From a virus: a stretch of 40,644 nt of DNA. The stretch lies in the UHGV virus genome UHGV-0202126; one strand, written 5' to 3'. Both the position numbers and the translations under genes were made by a program. The stretch's first letter is position 1. Each line of letters begins with the position of its first letter. Positions 28,381 through 37,548 of this stretch are shown here, piece after piece. The notes under the pieces are model-generated. The model made no database searches. It had not been told where the DNA came from and worked only from the letters and a program-made list of their open reading frames with translations.

Positions 28381-28410
28381 AAGACTACTGTAAAGGTAGT
28401 CTTATTTTTT
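28381..28410 (+). terminator. rho-independent terminator directly after the tRNA-like element
   Basis: AAGACTAC-TGTAAA-GGTAGTCTT followed by ATTTTTT. Confidence 0.65.
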
Positions 28411-28928
28411 ATATTATAGAAGCTTTATCAAGATGTCGATTAATAGAATTACAATTAATAGCCAAAGCGTTAACCTTTTCCATAATGGAGTTTTCCCGCG
28501 GAAAATTGTTATATCTTCATGTATTTTCTTTCGAATCTTCTTAATTTTCCTATCCGTCATGGTAGTCACCTTGATTGCGTTTTCTTTATTCTAACAAATG
28601 ATGAGGCAAGTAATCAATGGTATTTTCCAATATAAAGATATGATCTGCATAAACTTAAACAACTACCCTCTCGTAACTCTATCATAATTTTTGTTTTTCC
28701 GATCACAGCATACTTTTTAACAACGAATTGTTTTCTAATATTATAACGCCCCGCTTTTGCCCCGCCGAATTTAAATCGGTATGCATTGATATAAGTAGAA
28801 AAAGCATGACATAGCAATTTTTAAGGTTCATGGATTTCGCTATATATAGCTGTTTTAGCTTATTTAAATCACATTGATTTATACAAAATGTTAATTAATT
28901 AGTGTGAAATCCCTTATTTTTTCTAGTT

Positions 28929-30158
28929 TTAAGGAAGTTGATTTTTGGTTTTTAAAGATTGCCCCGCTTTTGCCCCGCTATCAAGTTTTTTAAGCATTTG
29001 ATCAAATTGAGCGATCGTTTCTTTACGCTTATCCCCAGTTATATGAGCATATATGTCTAAAGTAGTTTTTATATTTGAATGACCTAGAAGTAATTGAAGG
29101 GACTTTGGGTCTGTTCCTGCTTGAATCTGCAAAGCAGTATACGTGTGTCTCAGTCCGTGTAATGTAATTCTTGGTAGATTAGTTTTATTTATTATAATAT
29201 CAAATTTAGAACCTACATCTCTTGGGATAAGTGGAGAACCATCTTTTTTACAAAATAGATATTTTGATTCTCGGAAGACTAAAGGAAAAAGAGCAGCATA
29301 TTCTTTCCTTAGCTCTATCCAACTTTCTAGTTGTTTGTATGCTACCTCTGGTATAGGAACAATCCTATTAGAACTTTTATTTTTTGGTGGGAAAACTTTA
29401 TAACTGCTTTTCAGTTGATTCGAAGCAGGTGATCCTAGTGTTTTTGAGATATTGATTTCCTTTGTAATCGGATAATAATCATTAATATACAAGGCACAAG
29501 CTTCACCTATTCTAAGCCCACCGTACATTAGCAAATAGAATAAAGCTAGGTCTCTTTGTTTCTCTAAAGTAATATAATAGCTGGTCTCTTTCCTTTTTTT
29601 ATTTATTTCAAAAGAACAGTAATCTCTAAACTTTTGAATATCAACTGGTTCCCAGAATTTTTTATTTTCTTCTGAATCTTCATAATAAGGTATTTTTATG
29701 TCTGAAATTGGATTGACTTTGAAATATCCGTCTTTGACAGCCTGTTTTGCAATCATTTGAGCTATTTGATTTATCGCCAACAGAGAATTTCTTTTGTATC
29801 TTTTAGATAACTCATTTAATTTTTTTTGATAAAGATTATGAGAAAGTTTGTTTAATCTCATTTGTTTAAATGTATTTTTTAATGTATTGAGGAAGGTTTC
29901 TCGAGACCGTAAAGACGTTTCTTTAACAGAACCTTTATAGGTATCAAACCAATTATCTGCGTAATCCTTAAAGAGTATATTGGGATTCTTAGCCACGGTT
30001 CCGTCTTTAACATCAATATAAGCTTCCGCAGCTGCATACTCCGCTTCTGGTTTCGTGTCAAATCCACCTTTGCTATGCTCAGTTTTTTTACCTGTAATGG
30101 GATCAACGTAACGAATACGATACTCCCATTTTTTACCGCGTTTTCTGAATGTAGCCAT
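28929..30158 (-). CDS. int: tyrosine site-specific integrase with AP2-like arm-binding N-terminal domain
   Basis: 409 aa. N-terminal MATFRKRGKKWEYRIRY is the Arm-DNA-bind pattern. C-terminal LHGLRHTY...TLDIYAHI are the box II / catalytic Tyr motifs. Transcribed towards the tRNA-like element. Confidence 0.85.
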   Translation of the reverse strand: MATFRKRGKKWEYRIRYVDPITGKKTEHSKGGFDTKPEAEYAAAEAYIDVKDGTVAKNPNILFKDYADNWFDTYKGSVKETSLRSRETFLNTLKNTFKQMRLNKLSHNLYQKKLNELSKRYKRNSLLAINQIAQMIAKQAVKDGYFKVNPISDIKIPYYEDSEENKKFWEPVDIQKFRDYCSFEINKKRKETSYYITLEKQRDLALFYLLMYGGLRIGEACALYINDYYPITKEINISKTLGSPASNQLKSSYKVFPPKNKSSNRIVPIPEVAYKQLESWIELRKEYAALFPLVFRESKYLFCKKDGSPLIPRDVGSKFDIIINKTNLPRITLHGLRHTYTALQIQAGTDPKSLQLLLGHSNIKTTLDIYAHITGDKRKETIAQFDQMLKKLDSGAKAGQSLKTKNQLP

Positions 30159-30212
30159 AAATTAGTCCTCCTTTTAGCGAACGTACGTTCGCTTATTGTT
30201 AAAAAATAATAA

Positions 30213-30623
30213 TCAATACACTTGCTGATAAATGATAGGCATCCATTTCTTTACGACTGGCTCTAATGAATAATCGATATTATAGCAATCCATGAAATAA
30301 ATCCAGTTTAATTGTGATCTATCAGTCACTTGTGCATTGTTTAAATAATGCGATAGAGAAGTTTTTACTGCTTCTATATCTGCCTCGTTTTCCGCTTTAC
30401 AATGTGAAATATAAGAGTCTCTGTACTCGTTGTAGAAATTTTTATGCTTAGAAGCATGGGATAATTCATGTGACAAAACTTGGATTTCTTCGTATTCAGA
30501 CAATCCAGGATGGATGTATATTACATTGTGTTCTGGCAGATAGCACCCATCCTCATCAATATCATCTAAATAGAGTACATCCACACCTATTTTTTTGGCA
30601 AAGTTCCTCAAAAAAATTAACAT
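30213..30623 (-). CDS. ImmA/IrrE-family metallopeptidase
   Basis: 136 aa. HELSH (HEXXH) motif. Lies directly downstream of the XRE repressor, as in ImmR/ImmA pairs. Confidence 0.65.
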   Translation of the reverse strand: MLIFLRNFAKKIGVDVLYLDDIDEDGCYLPEHNVIYIHPGLSEYEEIQVLSHELSHASKHKNFYNEYRDSYISHCKAENEADIEAVKTSLSHYLNNAQVTDRSQLNWIYFMDCYNIDYSLEPVVKKWMPIIYQQVY

Positions 30624-30631
30624 ACAGACAC

Positions 30632-30988
30632 CTACTTAGATTTTTTTCTTTCTTCTTCTTCACGTGCCCTTTGTTCAACAAGAGCTCGTGTTGCTGCAAG
30701 AATGATTTCACGATCTTTATCTGAAACAGGTTTTCCGCCATAGGTCATGATGACAGTATCATCTTTGATATCGATTTCCTTTGGATTTGTTGAAGGGTTA
30801 TCAGTTCGACCAAGAAGATAATCAGCAGAAACTTGGAAATAATCAGCTACCTTTTGCAGAGTTTCTATTTTCGGACTCTGCTTTTTCCATTTGTAAATGG
30901 AGTTCTTTCCAAATCCTATCCGATCTTCCAACTCAGAAATTGATATCCCTCTTTTATTAGAGAGCTCTTTTACCCGTTCAAAAAGCAT
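30632..30988 (-). CDS. XRE-family (cI-like) repressor
   Basis: 118 aa. N-terminal HTH (ISISELEDRIGFGKNSIYKWKKQ). Divergent from the cro-like gene across the operator region. Confidence 0.75.
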   Translation of the reverse strand: MLFERVKELSNKRGISISELEDRIGFGKNSIYKWKKQSPKIETLQKVADYFQVSADYLLGRTDNPSTNPKEIDIKDDTVIMTYGGKPVSDKDREIILAATRALVEQRAREEEERKKSK

Positions 30989-31031
30989 GATATAACAACC
31001 TTTCTAGAGCACACGAAAAAAATACCAGAAA

Positions 31032-31074
31032 GTTGGATAGAAAATATTGACAATTCTATCCAATTGTCTTATAG
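31032..31074 (+). promoter_or_regulatory. rightward early promoter with operator inverted repeat
   Basis: TTGACA (31046-31051), 17-nt spacer, TATAGT (31069-31074). Half-sites TTGGATAGAA (31032-31041) and TTCTATCCAA (31053-31062) form an inverted repeat centred on the -35. Confidence 0.55.
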
Positions 31075-31206
31075 TTATCTCGTAAGCTAATTTAATAAGC
31101 AAACAAGCAATAAGAAAGACACCTAATAAAAATAAACAATTCGACGTCGCCAAACTAAGAATGTTGTTTTAATAGGGATAATTCTAGGCTTATTTAACTT
31201 TATATA

Positions 31207-31235
31207 AATATAAGACAGTTGGATAGAAAAGTCAA
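31207..31235 (-). promoter_or_regulatory. leftward promoter (towards the cI-like gene) carrying a third operator copy
   Basis: Minus strand reads TTGACT, 17-nt spacer TTTCTATCCAACTGTCT, TATATT. The spacer is nearly identical to that of the rightward promoter. Confidence 0.5.
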
Positions 31236-31292
31236 TATAAATTAGCGAATTTTATTAGCTTACAAAAAATTAATGAGGGAGAGTGATTTTCG

Positions 31293-31469
31293 ATGTCGCA
31301 AGATTTAATTACACAAATCAAGATTGCATTGGTCAAGAAAGAAAAGAATCAAGCTTGGTTAGCTAAGCAGCTAAATATTTCAACTGCTTATATGTCTGAC
31401 ATTATGAATGGAAAACGAAGTCCGAAAGAGAAAATCAAAGAAATTAAGGCTGCTTTGGACTTGGAATAG
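31293..31469 (+). CDS. Cro-like small HTH protein (58 aa)
   Basis: RBS GAGGGAGAG upstream of the ATG. AWLAKQLNISTAYMSDIMNGKR is an XRE-type HTH. Below the ORF-track cut-off. Confidence 0.6.
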   Translation: MSQDLITQIKIALVKKEKNQAWLAKQLNISTAYMSDIMNGKRSPKEKIKEIKAALDLE

Positions 31470-31481
31470 GAGGGGGTTAAT

Positions 31482-31781
31482 ATGTTAGATCAGCCAAACC
31501 TATTTGATCCAGTAGAGTATGCGAAAGAGTGTATCCGTGACGAAGTGAAAAAGTTAATGCCGAAAGAAATTCTATTCGCAACTATCGATATTAACAAGTT
31601 AGTACAAATCACGAGTCATAGTGTGACTTATTTAGAAAAACATTTCATCAATACTCCAGATGTACAAGCATTAGAATGCTCACCGACAACCAAGCGTCTT
31701 TGGAAGTATCCAGATATTCGGGACTGTTGGTTAGAGTTTTGCGAACAGAACAATATAAAAATAAAGGAGGAACCAAAATGA
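31482..31781 (+). CDS. hypothetical protein (99 aa)
   Basis: RBS GGAGGGGG upstream. Its stop overlaps the start of the next gene (ATGA). Confidence 0.5.
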   Translation: MLDQPNLFDPVEYAKECIRDEVKKLMPKEILFATIDINKLVQITSHSVTYLEKHFINTPDVQALECSPTTKRLWKYPDIRDCWLEFCEQNNIKIKEEPK

Positions 31782-32482
31782 CAGATTTAGTAATTATGAA
31801 AGATCGCCAAGCGGTCACGAGTAGTTTGAATGTAGCAGAGGGGTTTGAAAAGGAACATCGTAATGTTTTACGAGACATTGATTCGTTAAAAAGAGATGTG
31901 CTCAATTTTGAGCAGATGTTTTTCGAAGTGAACGAACCGGATTCTTATGGTCGATAACGTCGAGTTATCTATATGAACCGAGACGGTTTCACAATTCTAG
32001 CTATGGGATTCACAGGAAAAAAGGCACTCCAATTCAAACTGAAGTACATCGAAGCGTTTAATCAAATGGAAGAACACATTAAGCAACAAGTAAAAATTCC
32101 AACCACACCACGAGGATTGGCAAAACTTGCTTTAGCAGCTAACGAAGAAACGAATCAGCGTGTTGATGAACTAGACACTCGCGTCGCTGATTTAGAAGAG
32201 AACACGGTGCTCAGCGCTGGCGATTACGGATATATCAGTCGTCGAATCAATCAGCGAGTTTCGGAAGTTGCCAGAGGATTTGGGAAACTTACTCAAGAAC
32301 AACGAGGAAAACTTCATAAAGATATCAATTCAGGTGTAAAAGCTGTGACAGGTGTATCTACGCGGACGCAACTAAGAAACAGACACTATGAAACAGTCTT
32401 AGATTTCATTAATGATTGGGAACCATCTACAGCAACAAAGATGCAAGTGCGACAAATGAGCTTGGATTTAGAAACTGCATAG
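31778..32482 (+). pseudogene. Rha-family phage regulatory protein/antirepressor interrupted by a single in-frame TAA (31955-31957)
   Basis: N-terminal part MTDLVIMKDRQAVTSSLNVAEGFEKEHRNVLRDI and the following ORF ...RRVIYMNRDGFTILAMGFTGKKALQFKLKYIEAFNQME together form one contiguous Rha domain in one frame. They are split only by the TAA. Confidence 0.6.
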
Positions 32483-32492
32483 GAGGCTTAAA

Positions 32493-32666
32493 ATGAAAAA
32501 AATCTATTGGCTACGACGTGCCACTCTTGGACTGTCACTGCTTGGCGTAGGAGCGGGCTTAACAGGCTATATCCCAGTATGGCTACGAATTGTCTTACTT
32601 GCTGGCGTAGGTGGCAATTTGCTGTTAGGAGAAGAATTTGAGTTCGAGCGGCGTGTTGGGAGGTGA
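32493..32666 (+). CDS. small membrane protein (57 aa)
   Basis: RBS AGGAGG 6 nt upstream. Two hydrophobic segments. Not in the ORF track (below the cut-off). Confidence 0.35.
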   Translation: MKKIYWLRRATLGLSLLGVGAGLTGYIPVWLRIVLLAGVGGNLLLGEEFEFERRVGR

Positions 32667-33469
32667 CTTATATGAAAAACTGGACTACTAAAGAGATTCA
32701 ATATCTCAAGAAGCACGCGTTACTGGCTGAAACTAACGTTGTTCTAAATATCGACCAGTTAGCGAAAAAGCTAGGCCGATCTGCTAAATCCGTAGATGTA
32801 AAAATCTATAAGTTGCGAAGAGATGGTCAGTTCCCGCCAACTGATTTTAGCAAAGCATTTGATCCTAAAGGAAGAAATTTTACTGACCAAGAAGACAAAA
32901 GAATCATCGCCATGTACAAAAAAGGCGCAACCTATAAAGAAATTGGTATAAGCCTTGATCGTTCAGAACAATCCATCGGCGGTAGAATTATGAGACTTAA
33001 AAAGATAGGTAAGTTAAAACAACCAAAAAAACAATGGTCACAAGATCAAGTAAATATTTTACTAGCAAATATCAGATTTGATGAAAATGGGTTCTGTTGT
33101 AATCATGTTGAGCTTGCTAGATTGTGTAACCGTACTTTTGAACAGGTGAATAGAAAACTAAATGACCTAAGAAAAAAAGGTGTAATCACCGTAATGCCTG
33201 ATCGAAGTAAAACAAGCGTTAAATCCAAGGAAGCTATGAATCGTTTCAATGATGCCCGTTTTGCCCATATTCCTAAGAAAAAGGAGGATGTTCCAGTGAC
33301 TGGACCTACAGAAAAACTATCGGATGTTTCTATTGAATCAAAACAGGTTAGTTTGATTTTAACCACCGTTATTGTTAGCGGTCAGCGAACAGATCAATAC
33401 TTCACACAAGATGGGGAATTGATTGCGACAAAAAAGCCTACCTCGGCGGCAACCGAGATAAGCCGTTAA
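32663..33469 (+). CDS. hypothetical DNA-binding protein with three about 50-aa HTH-like internal repeats
   Basis: Repeats begin WTTKEIQYLKK..., FTDQEDKRIIAMYKK..., WSQDQVNILLANI.... Each ends in a (K/R)-rich ...R..L(R/K)K.G segment. Confidence 0.5.
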   Translation: MTYMKNWTTKEIQYLKKHALLAETNVVLNIDQLAKKLGRSAKSVDVKIYKLRRDGQFPPTDFSKAFDPKGRNFTDQEDKRIIAMYKKGATYKEIGISLDRSEQSIGGRIMRLKKIGKLKQPKKQWSQDQVNILLANIRFDENGFCCNHVELARLCNRTFEQVNRKLNDLRKKGVITVMPDRSKTSVKSKEAMNRFNDARFAHIPKKKEDVPVTGPTEKLSDVSIESKQVSLILTTVIVSGQRTDQYFTQDGELIATKKPTSAATEISR

Positions 33470-33502
33470 ATAAATAATCTATCTAAGGAGAGTGTAAAAC
33501 AT

Positions 33503-34807
33503 ATGGCTATGAAAATCAATAAGCTCGAGATTGAGAACGTCAAGCGAGTGAAGGCTGTCAAGATTGAACCGACAGCGAACGGCCTAACGATTGTTGGTGG
33601 TAACAACAATCAAGGTAAGACGAGCGTCCTTGATGCGATAGCGTGGGCCTTAGGTGGCAACAAGTACAAACCTAGCCAAGCACATCGTGAAGGCTCTATG
33701 ACGCCGCCACATCTAAGCATCACGATGAGCAATGGTCTAATCGTAGAACGTAAAGGGAAAAATTCTGATTTAAAAATTATTGATCCAAGTGGGCAAAAGG
33801 GAGGACAGAATTTATTAAATAGTTTCGTCGAAGAGTTAGCAATTAACTTACCGAAGTTTATGGATTCGACTTCTAAAGAAAAAGCGCAGACTTTGTTACA
33901 AATTATTGGGGTCGGTGATCAGCTTTTTGAATTAGAACGAGCTGAGAGCGAAGAATACAACAAGCGGCACACGATCGGCCAGATCAAGGACCAAAAAGAG
34001 AAGTTTGCTAAAGAGATGCAATATTATCCTGACGCACCCAAAGAGTTGGTATCTATCCAAGAACTTGTAAGTCAGCAACAAGCGATTTTAGCTCGTAACG
34101 GAGAGAATCAGCGTAAACGGCAACAGGTCAATGAAATTAGTCAACGTTTTGAATTAGAGCGGCAACAGATCGAAAATTTGCGTCAACAGCTGCTTGAATT
34201 GGAAACAAAGCACAATCTGACTGCAGCCGATCTCGAAACAGCCCAGAAATCTGCAAAAGACCTTCATGACGAATCGACAGAAGAACTTGAAAGAAATATA
34301 GCTGAAATCGATGAAATCAATCGTCGGGTTCGAGTTAATCTTGATAAGGACAAGGCCGAAGAGGATGCTGCAGAGTATCGCCTGCAATACGACAAATTGA
34401 CCACGACAATCAATGAAATTCGCCAACAGAAAGCGGAACTACTCGACAATGCAGAATTGCCACTACCGGGCTTATCAGTAAAAGAGGGCGAACTGGTTTA
34501 CAACGGTCAGCAATGGGACAACATGAGCGGTTCTGATCAGCTTAAAGTATCCACGGCAATCGTTCGCAAACTGAAACCAGACTGCGGATTTATATTGCTG
34601 GATAAGTTGGAACAGATGGATATGAATTCACTAGAAGAATTCGGTAAGTGGCTAGAACAGGAAGGCTTACAAGCTATTGCCACGCGAGTTTCTATGGGTG
34701 ATGAATGCAGCATCATTATTGAAGACGGCTATGCAGTCAAAAATGAAACAGTTGCACCAACGAATGAAGCACAAGCTACACCGACATGGAAAGGAGCAGC
34801 ATTTTAG
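33503..34807 (+). CDS. SMC/RecF/SbcC-like ATPase with central coiled coil
   Basis: 434 aa. N-terminal Walker A GGNNNQGKTSVLDAIAWALGG. Long Q/E-rich coiled coil. C-terminal signature-like SGSDQ. Walker B reads FILLDK. Confidence 0.6.
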   Translation: MAMKINKLEIENVKRVKAVKIEPTANGLTIVGGNNNQGKTSVLDAIAWALGGNKYKPSQAHREGSMTPPHLSITMSNGLIVERKGKNSDLKIIDPSGQKGGQNLLNSFVEELAINLPKFMDSTSKEKAQTLLQIIGVGDQLFELERAESEEYNKRHTIGQIKDQKEKFAKEMQYYPDAPKELVSIQELVSQQQAILARNGENQRKRQQVNEISQRFELERQQIENLRQQLLELETKHNLTAADLETAQKSAKDLHDESTEELERNIAEIDEINRRVRVNLDKDKAEEDAAEYRLQYDKLTTTINEIRQQKAELLDNAELPLPGLSVKEGELVYNGQQWDNMSGSDQLKVSTAIVRKLKPDCGFILLDKLEQMDMNSLEEFGKWLEQEGLQAIATRVSMGDECSIIIEDGYAVKNETVAPTNEAQATPTWKGAAF

Positions 34808-35818
34808 ATGAATATTACAACAGGAAAAGTACCGAAGGCTCAAAAGGTCGTTTTGTATGGCGTGGAGGGAATTGGTAAGTCAACTTTTGCCAGTCAGTTT
34901 TTTGATCCACTCTTTATTGATACAGAGGACTCAACGCTCCACATGGATGTGAAACGATTCGATAAACCAACGAGTTGGGCCATGCTATTACAGCAAGTCG
35001 ATTATGTGAAGCAAAACAAGCCTTGTCAGACGTTGGTCATCGACACGATGGATTGGGCCGAGGATTTATGCAAGCGTCATTTAATGGCAGCAAACGGCTG
35101 GAATGCCATCGATTCAGAAGGATATGGAAAAAAATTCGTGGCTTTAGCAGAACAAATGGGCTTTCTGCTGAACAAGCTTAGCGAAGTGATTGATTGTGGA
35201 ATCAATGTAGTTGTTACTGCTCACGCAATGCTCCGGAAAAAGGAAGAACCAGATGAAATGGGTGCCTTTGATCGGTACGAATTAAAGCTTGAAAAAAAGA
35301 CAGCACCAATTGTAAAAGAATGGGCGGATATGGTCTTATTTGCAAACTACAAGACTACAGTGATCACGGACAGTAAAACGAACAGCAAGAAGGCTACTGG
35401 CGGCCAACGGATGATGTACACCACTCACCGTCCTGCATGGGATGCAAAGAATCGGATAGGCTTAGCAGATGAATTACCATTTGACTATGCTCAAATTGCG
35501 CAGGCATTCAAAGAAGTAACGCCACAACCAGCAGTATCAGTTGTTGAGTCTGAAGTACAAAGTCAACCTGTTCAAAAGGAACCTAACTTTGCACCAGAAC
35601 GAAACGAAGAAATACCGGCAGTTATCCCACGTTCCGTAGCTGATTTGATGGGTAATGATCAAGTTAGCGTAGAAGAGATTATGCAAATCATTTATCAAGG
35701 TGGCTTTATGCCTGCAGACACACCGATTGAAAATGTGCCAAAAGATTTATGGGATTACCTAGCAACCAACTGGGGTAGCGCCATGAATTTATTAAATACA
35801 AATATTAGAAATTTTTAG
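34808..35818 (+). CDS. AAA_24-family ATPase (Sak4-like recombination protein)
   Basis: 336 aa. KVVLYGVEGIGKSTFASQF...PLFIDTEDS is typical of the AAA_24 N-terminus. Confidence 0.6.
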   Translation: MNITTGKVPKAQKVVLYGVEGIGKSTFASQFFDPLFIDTEDSTLHMDVKRFDKPTSWAMLLQQVDYVKQNKPCQTLVIDTMDWAEDLCKRHLMAANGWNAIDSEGYGKKFVALAEQMGFLLNKLSEVIDCGINVVVTAHAMLRKKEEPDEMGAFDRYELKLEKKTAPIVKEWADMVLFANYKTTVITDSKTNSKKATGGQRMMYTTHRPAWDAKNRIGLADELPFDYAQIAQAFKEVTPQPAVSVVESEVQSQPVQKEPNFAPERNEEIPAVIPRSVADLMGNDQVSVEEIMQIIYQGGFMPADTPIENVPKDLWDYLATNWGSAMNLLNTNIRNF

Positions 35819-35830
35819 GAGGATTTACAC

Positions 35831-36349
35831 ATGAATAATGAAGAAAACGAATTTTTAGGCTGGGGCGACAGTTTTATCGCCGAAGAAAGTTCATTCACAC
35901 TATTGCCAGCAGGAGAATATCCATTTAAAGTCGTTGGATTTGAACGGAAAATCTATGATGGGAATTCCGACAAAATCCAAAACGGAACACCGTACGCTGA
36001 GATTGAAATGGAGTTCACTGGTGCAGAAGGTACAACAAAAGTTTTTGATCGTCTCTATATGGTCAAAAAATGGCAATGGAAACTTACTCAATTCTTTACT
36101 GGCATCGGTCAAGCGCCAGTTATTGGACAACCATTTTCACCGAATTGGGGAGCTGTGGTAGGTAGCCAAGGTCGTGCAAAGTTAGGAATCAATAAATACA
36201 CTAGCTCAAAAACAGGGAAAGAAAATAAGAATAATCAAATCGATGAATACTTAGCACCTGCAGTAAATAATGGTGTTGTATCTCAACCGCAACAACCACC
36301 AGTTCAGCCAACACAACCGCAAGCCGGATTTCAACCAGGAGCATTTTAG
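35831..36349 (+). CDS. DUF669-like protein (Sak4-associated)
   Basis: 172 aa immediately downstream of the AAA_24 gene, the usual Sak4 neighbour. Pro/Gln-rich C-terminus. Confidence 0.4.
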   Translation: MNNEENEFLGWGDSFIAEESSFTLLPAGEYPFKVVGFERKIYDGNSDKIQNGTPYAEIEMEFTGAEGTTKVFDRLYMVKKWQWKLTQFFTGIGQAPVIGQPFSPNWGAVVGSQGRAKLGINKYTSSKTGKENKNNQIDEYLAPAVNNGVVSQPQQPPVQPTQPQAGFQPGAF

Positions 36350-36361
36350 GAGGAAATACAG

Positions 36362-36790
36362 ATGGAAAAACCAATTGATATTCAACTATCAGAGTTAGCC
36401 AATGGAGCCGTTCAAGAAAAATTGGACGGCGAGCTAAAGAAACTATTTGATAATATTCACGATCCAAATACTGCAGCAACTGCTAAACGTGGTGTAACGA
36501 TCAAACTGGAATTTAAGCCCGATGAAACACGTAAAGTGGTTTCCGTTTCAAGTGATCTTACAACAAAACTTGCACCAGTCGAAGGAGTAGCTACTACCGT
36601 ATTGACCGGTAAAGACCTAACAACCGGCACAATTGAAGCACATGAACTGAAATCAGAAGCTCCTGGTCAAACGTATATTGATACTGAAACCGGCCAAGCT
36701 AAAACTGATGTTGGCCAACCGATTGATGTAATCGAAAAAGAAGAAGCGAAACAAAAACAAATTATCGACTTACAAAAGAAAAGAGGATAA
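36362..36790 (+). CDS. hypothetical protein (142 aa)
   Basis: RBS AGGAGGAAA upstream. No motif recognised. Confidence 0.5.
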   Translation: MEKPIDIQLSELANGAVQEKLDGELKKLFDNIHDPNTAATAKRGVTIKLEFKPDETRKVVSVSSDLTTKLAPVEGVATTVLTGKDLTTGTIEAHELKSEAPGQTYIDTETGQAKTDVGQPIDVIEKEEAKQKQIIDLQKKRG

Positions 36791-36794
36791 ATAA

Positions 36795-37538
36795 ATGGAC
36801 TTAACAAAAGATGCAATCAAATTTATGACTGAAATGGAAACAAAACCACACGAAAGAATTGTTGAACTAAACGATCGCCTATTTGCGGTTAATGCTGCCG
36901 GCAATGTAGAAGAAATTTTTCCGCGAGTTTTTAATGCAGAAGAACCATTGGTGCTTAACACACTGTCAGGCTTCGTTAAATATGTTCAGTCTAATTTGGA
37001 TCGTCAAGATGAATCACTAATCATTCATGTAAAAAATGAATCTACCGTTTATTTAAAAGGGTTGATTGCAGGAGACGGTAGCCGCGAAAAATTGGCAGTA
37101 GCACAAGCGATCATTCCGAAATTCGATTTTAACTATTTCATGGATACAGAAGAATTCAACATTGCTTTGCAGTCAAAATTTGTTCCTAACAACGATCGTC
37201 AGATTTTACTTCAAGTCGTTGGTAATGTGTCTGAGGAAAATGTAAAAAATACTGGCGACGATGGAGTTAGTCAAGCCGTTACTATCAATCAGGGCGTTGC
37301 ATCAAAAGCAGATGTAAAAGTACCGAATCCTGTTGTCCTAGCTCCTTACCGTACTTTTTTAGAAGTTGAACAGCCAGAAAGCCAATTCATTTTCCGTATG
37401 AAGGATGGTCCACGAGGTGCAATTTTTGAGGCAGATGGAGGTGCTTGGAGAAATCAAGCTATCGTAAATATTCGGGAATATTTGAAGGAACAACTTAGTG
37501 AAGAAATCGAATCTGGCCGTATCACCATTTTAGCGTAG
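36795..37538 (+). CDS. hypothetical protein (247 aa)
   Basis: Long ORF in operon context. No motif recognised. Confidence 0.5.
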   Translation: MDLTKDAIKFMTEMETKPHERIVELNDRLFAVNAAGNVEEIFPRVFNAEEPLVLNTLSGFVKYVQSNLDRQDESLIIHVKNESTVYLKGLIAGDGSREKLAVAQAIIPKFDFNYFMDTEEFNIALQSKFVPNNDRQILLQVVGNVSEENVKNTGDDGVSQAVTINQGVASKADVKVPNPVVLAPYRTFLEVEQPESQFIFRMKDGPRGAIFEADGGAWRNQAIVNIREYLKEQLSEEIESGRITILA

Positions 37539-37548
37539 GAGAGAAGAT

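Noticed and set aside
28614-28817. 67-aa minus-strand ORF in the att region
   Set aside because: No RBS and AT-rich junk composition. Its only feature (GGAKAG) comes from the 18-bp GC-rich repeat shared with the int 3' end. Better read as a repeat or remnant than a gene.
29143-29403. Plus-strand ORFs antisense to the integrase (29143-29403, and 29879-30106 on the minus strand in another frame)
   Set aside because: Nested or antisense within the well-supported integrase CDS. No start signals.
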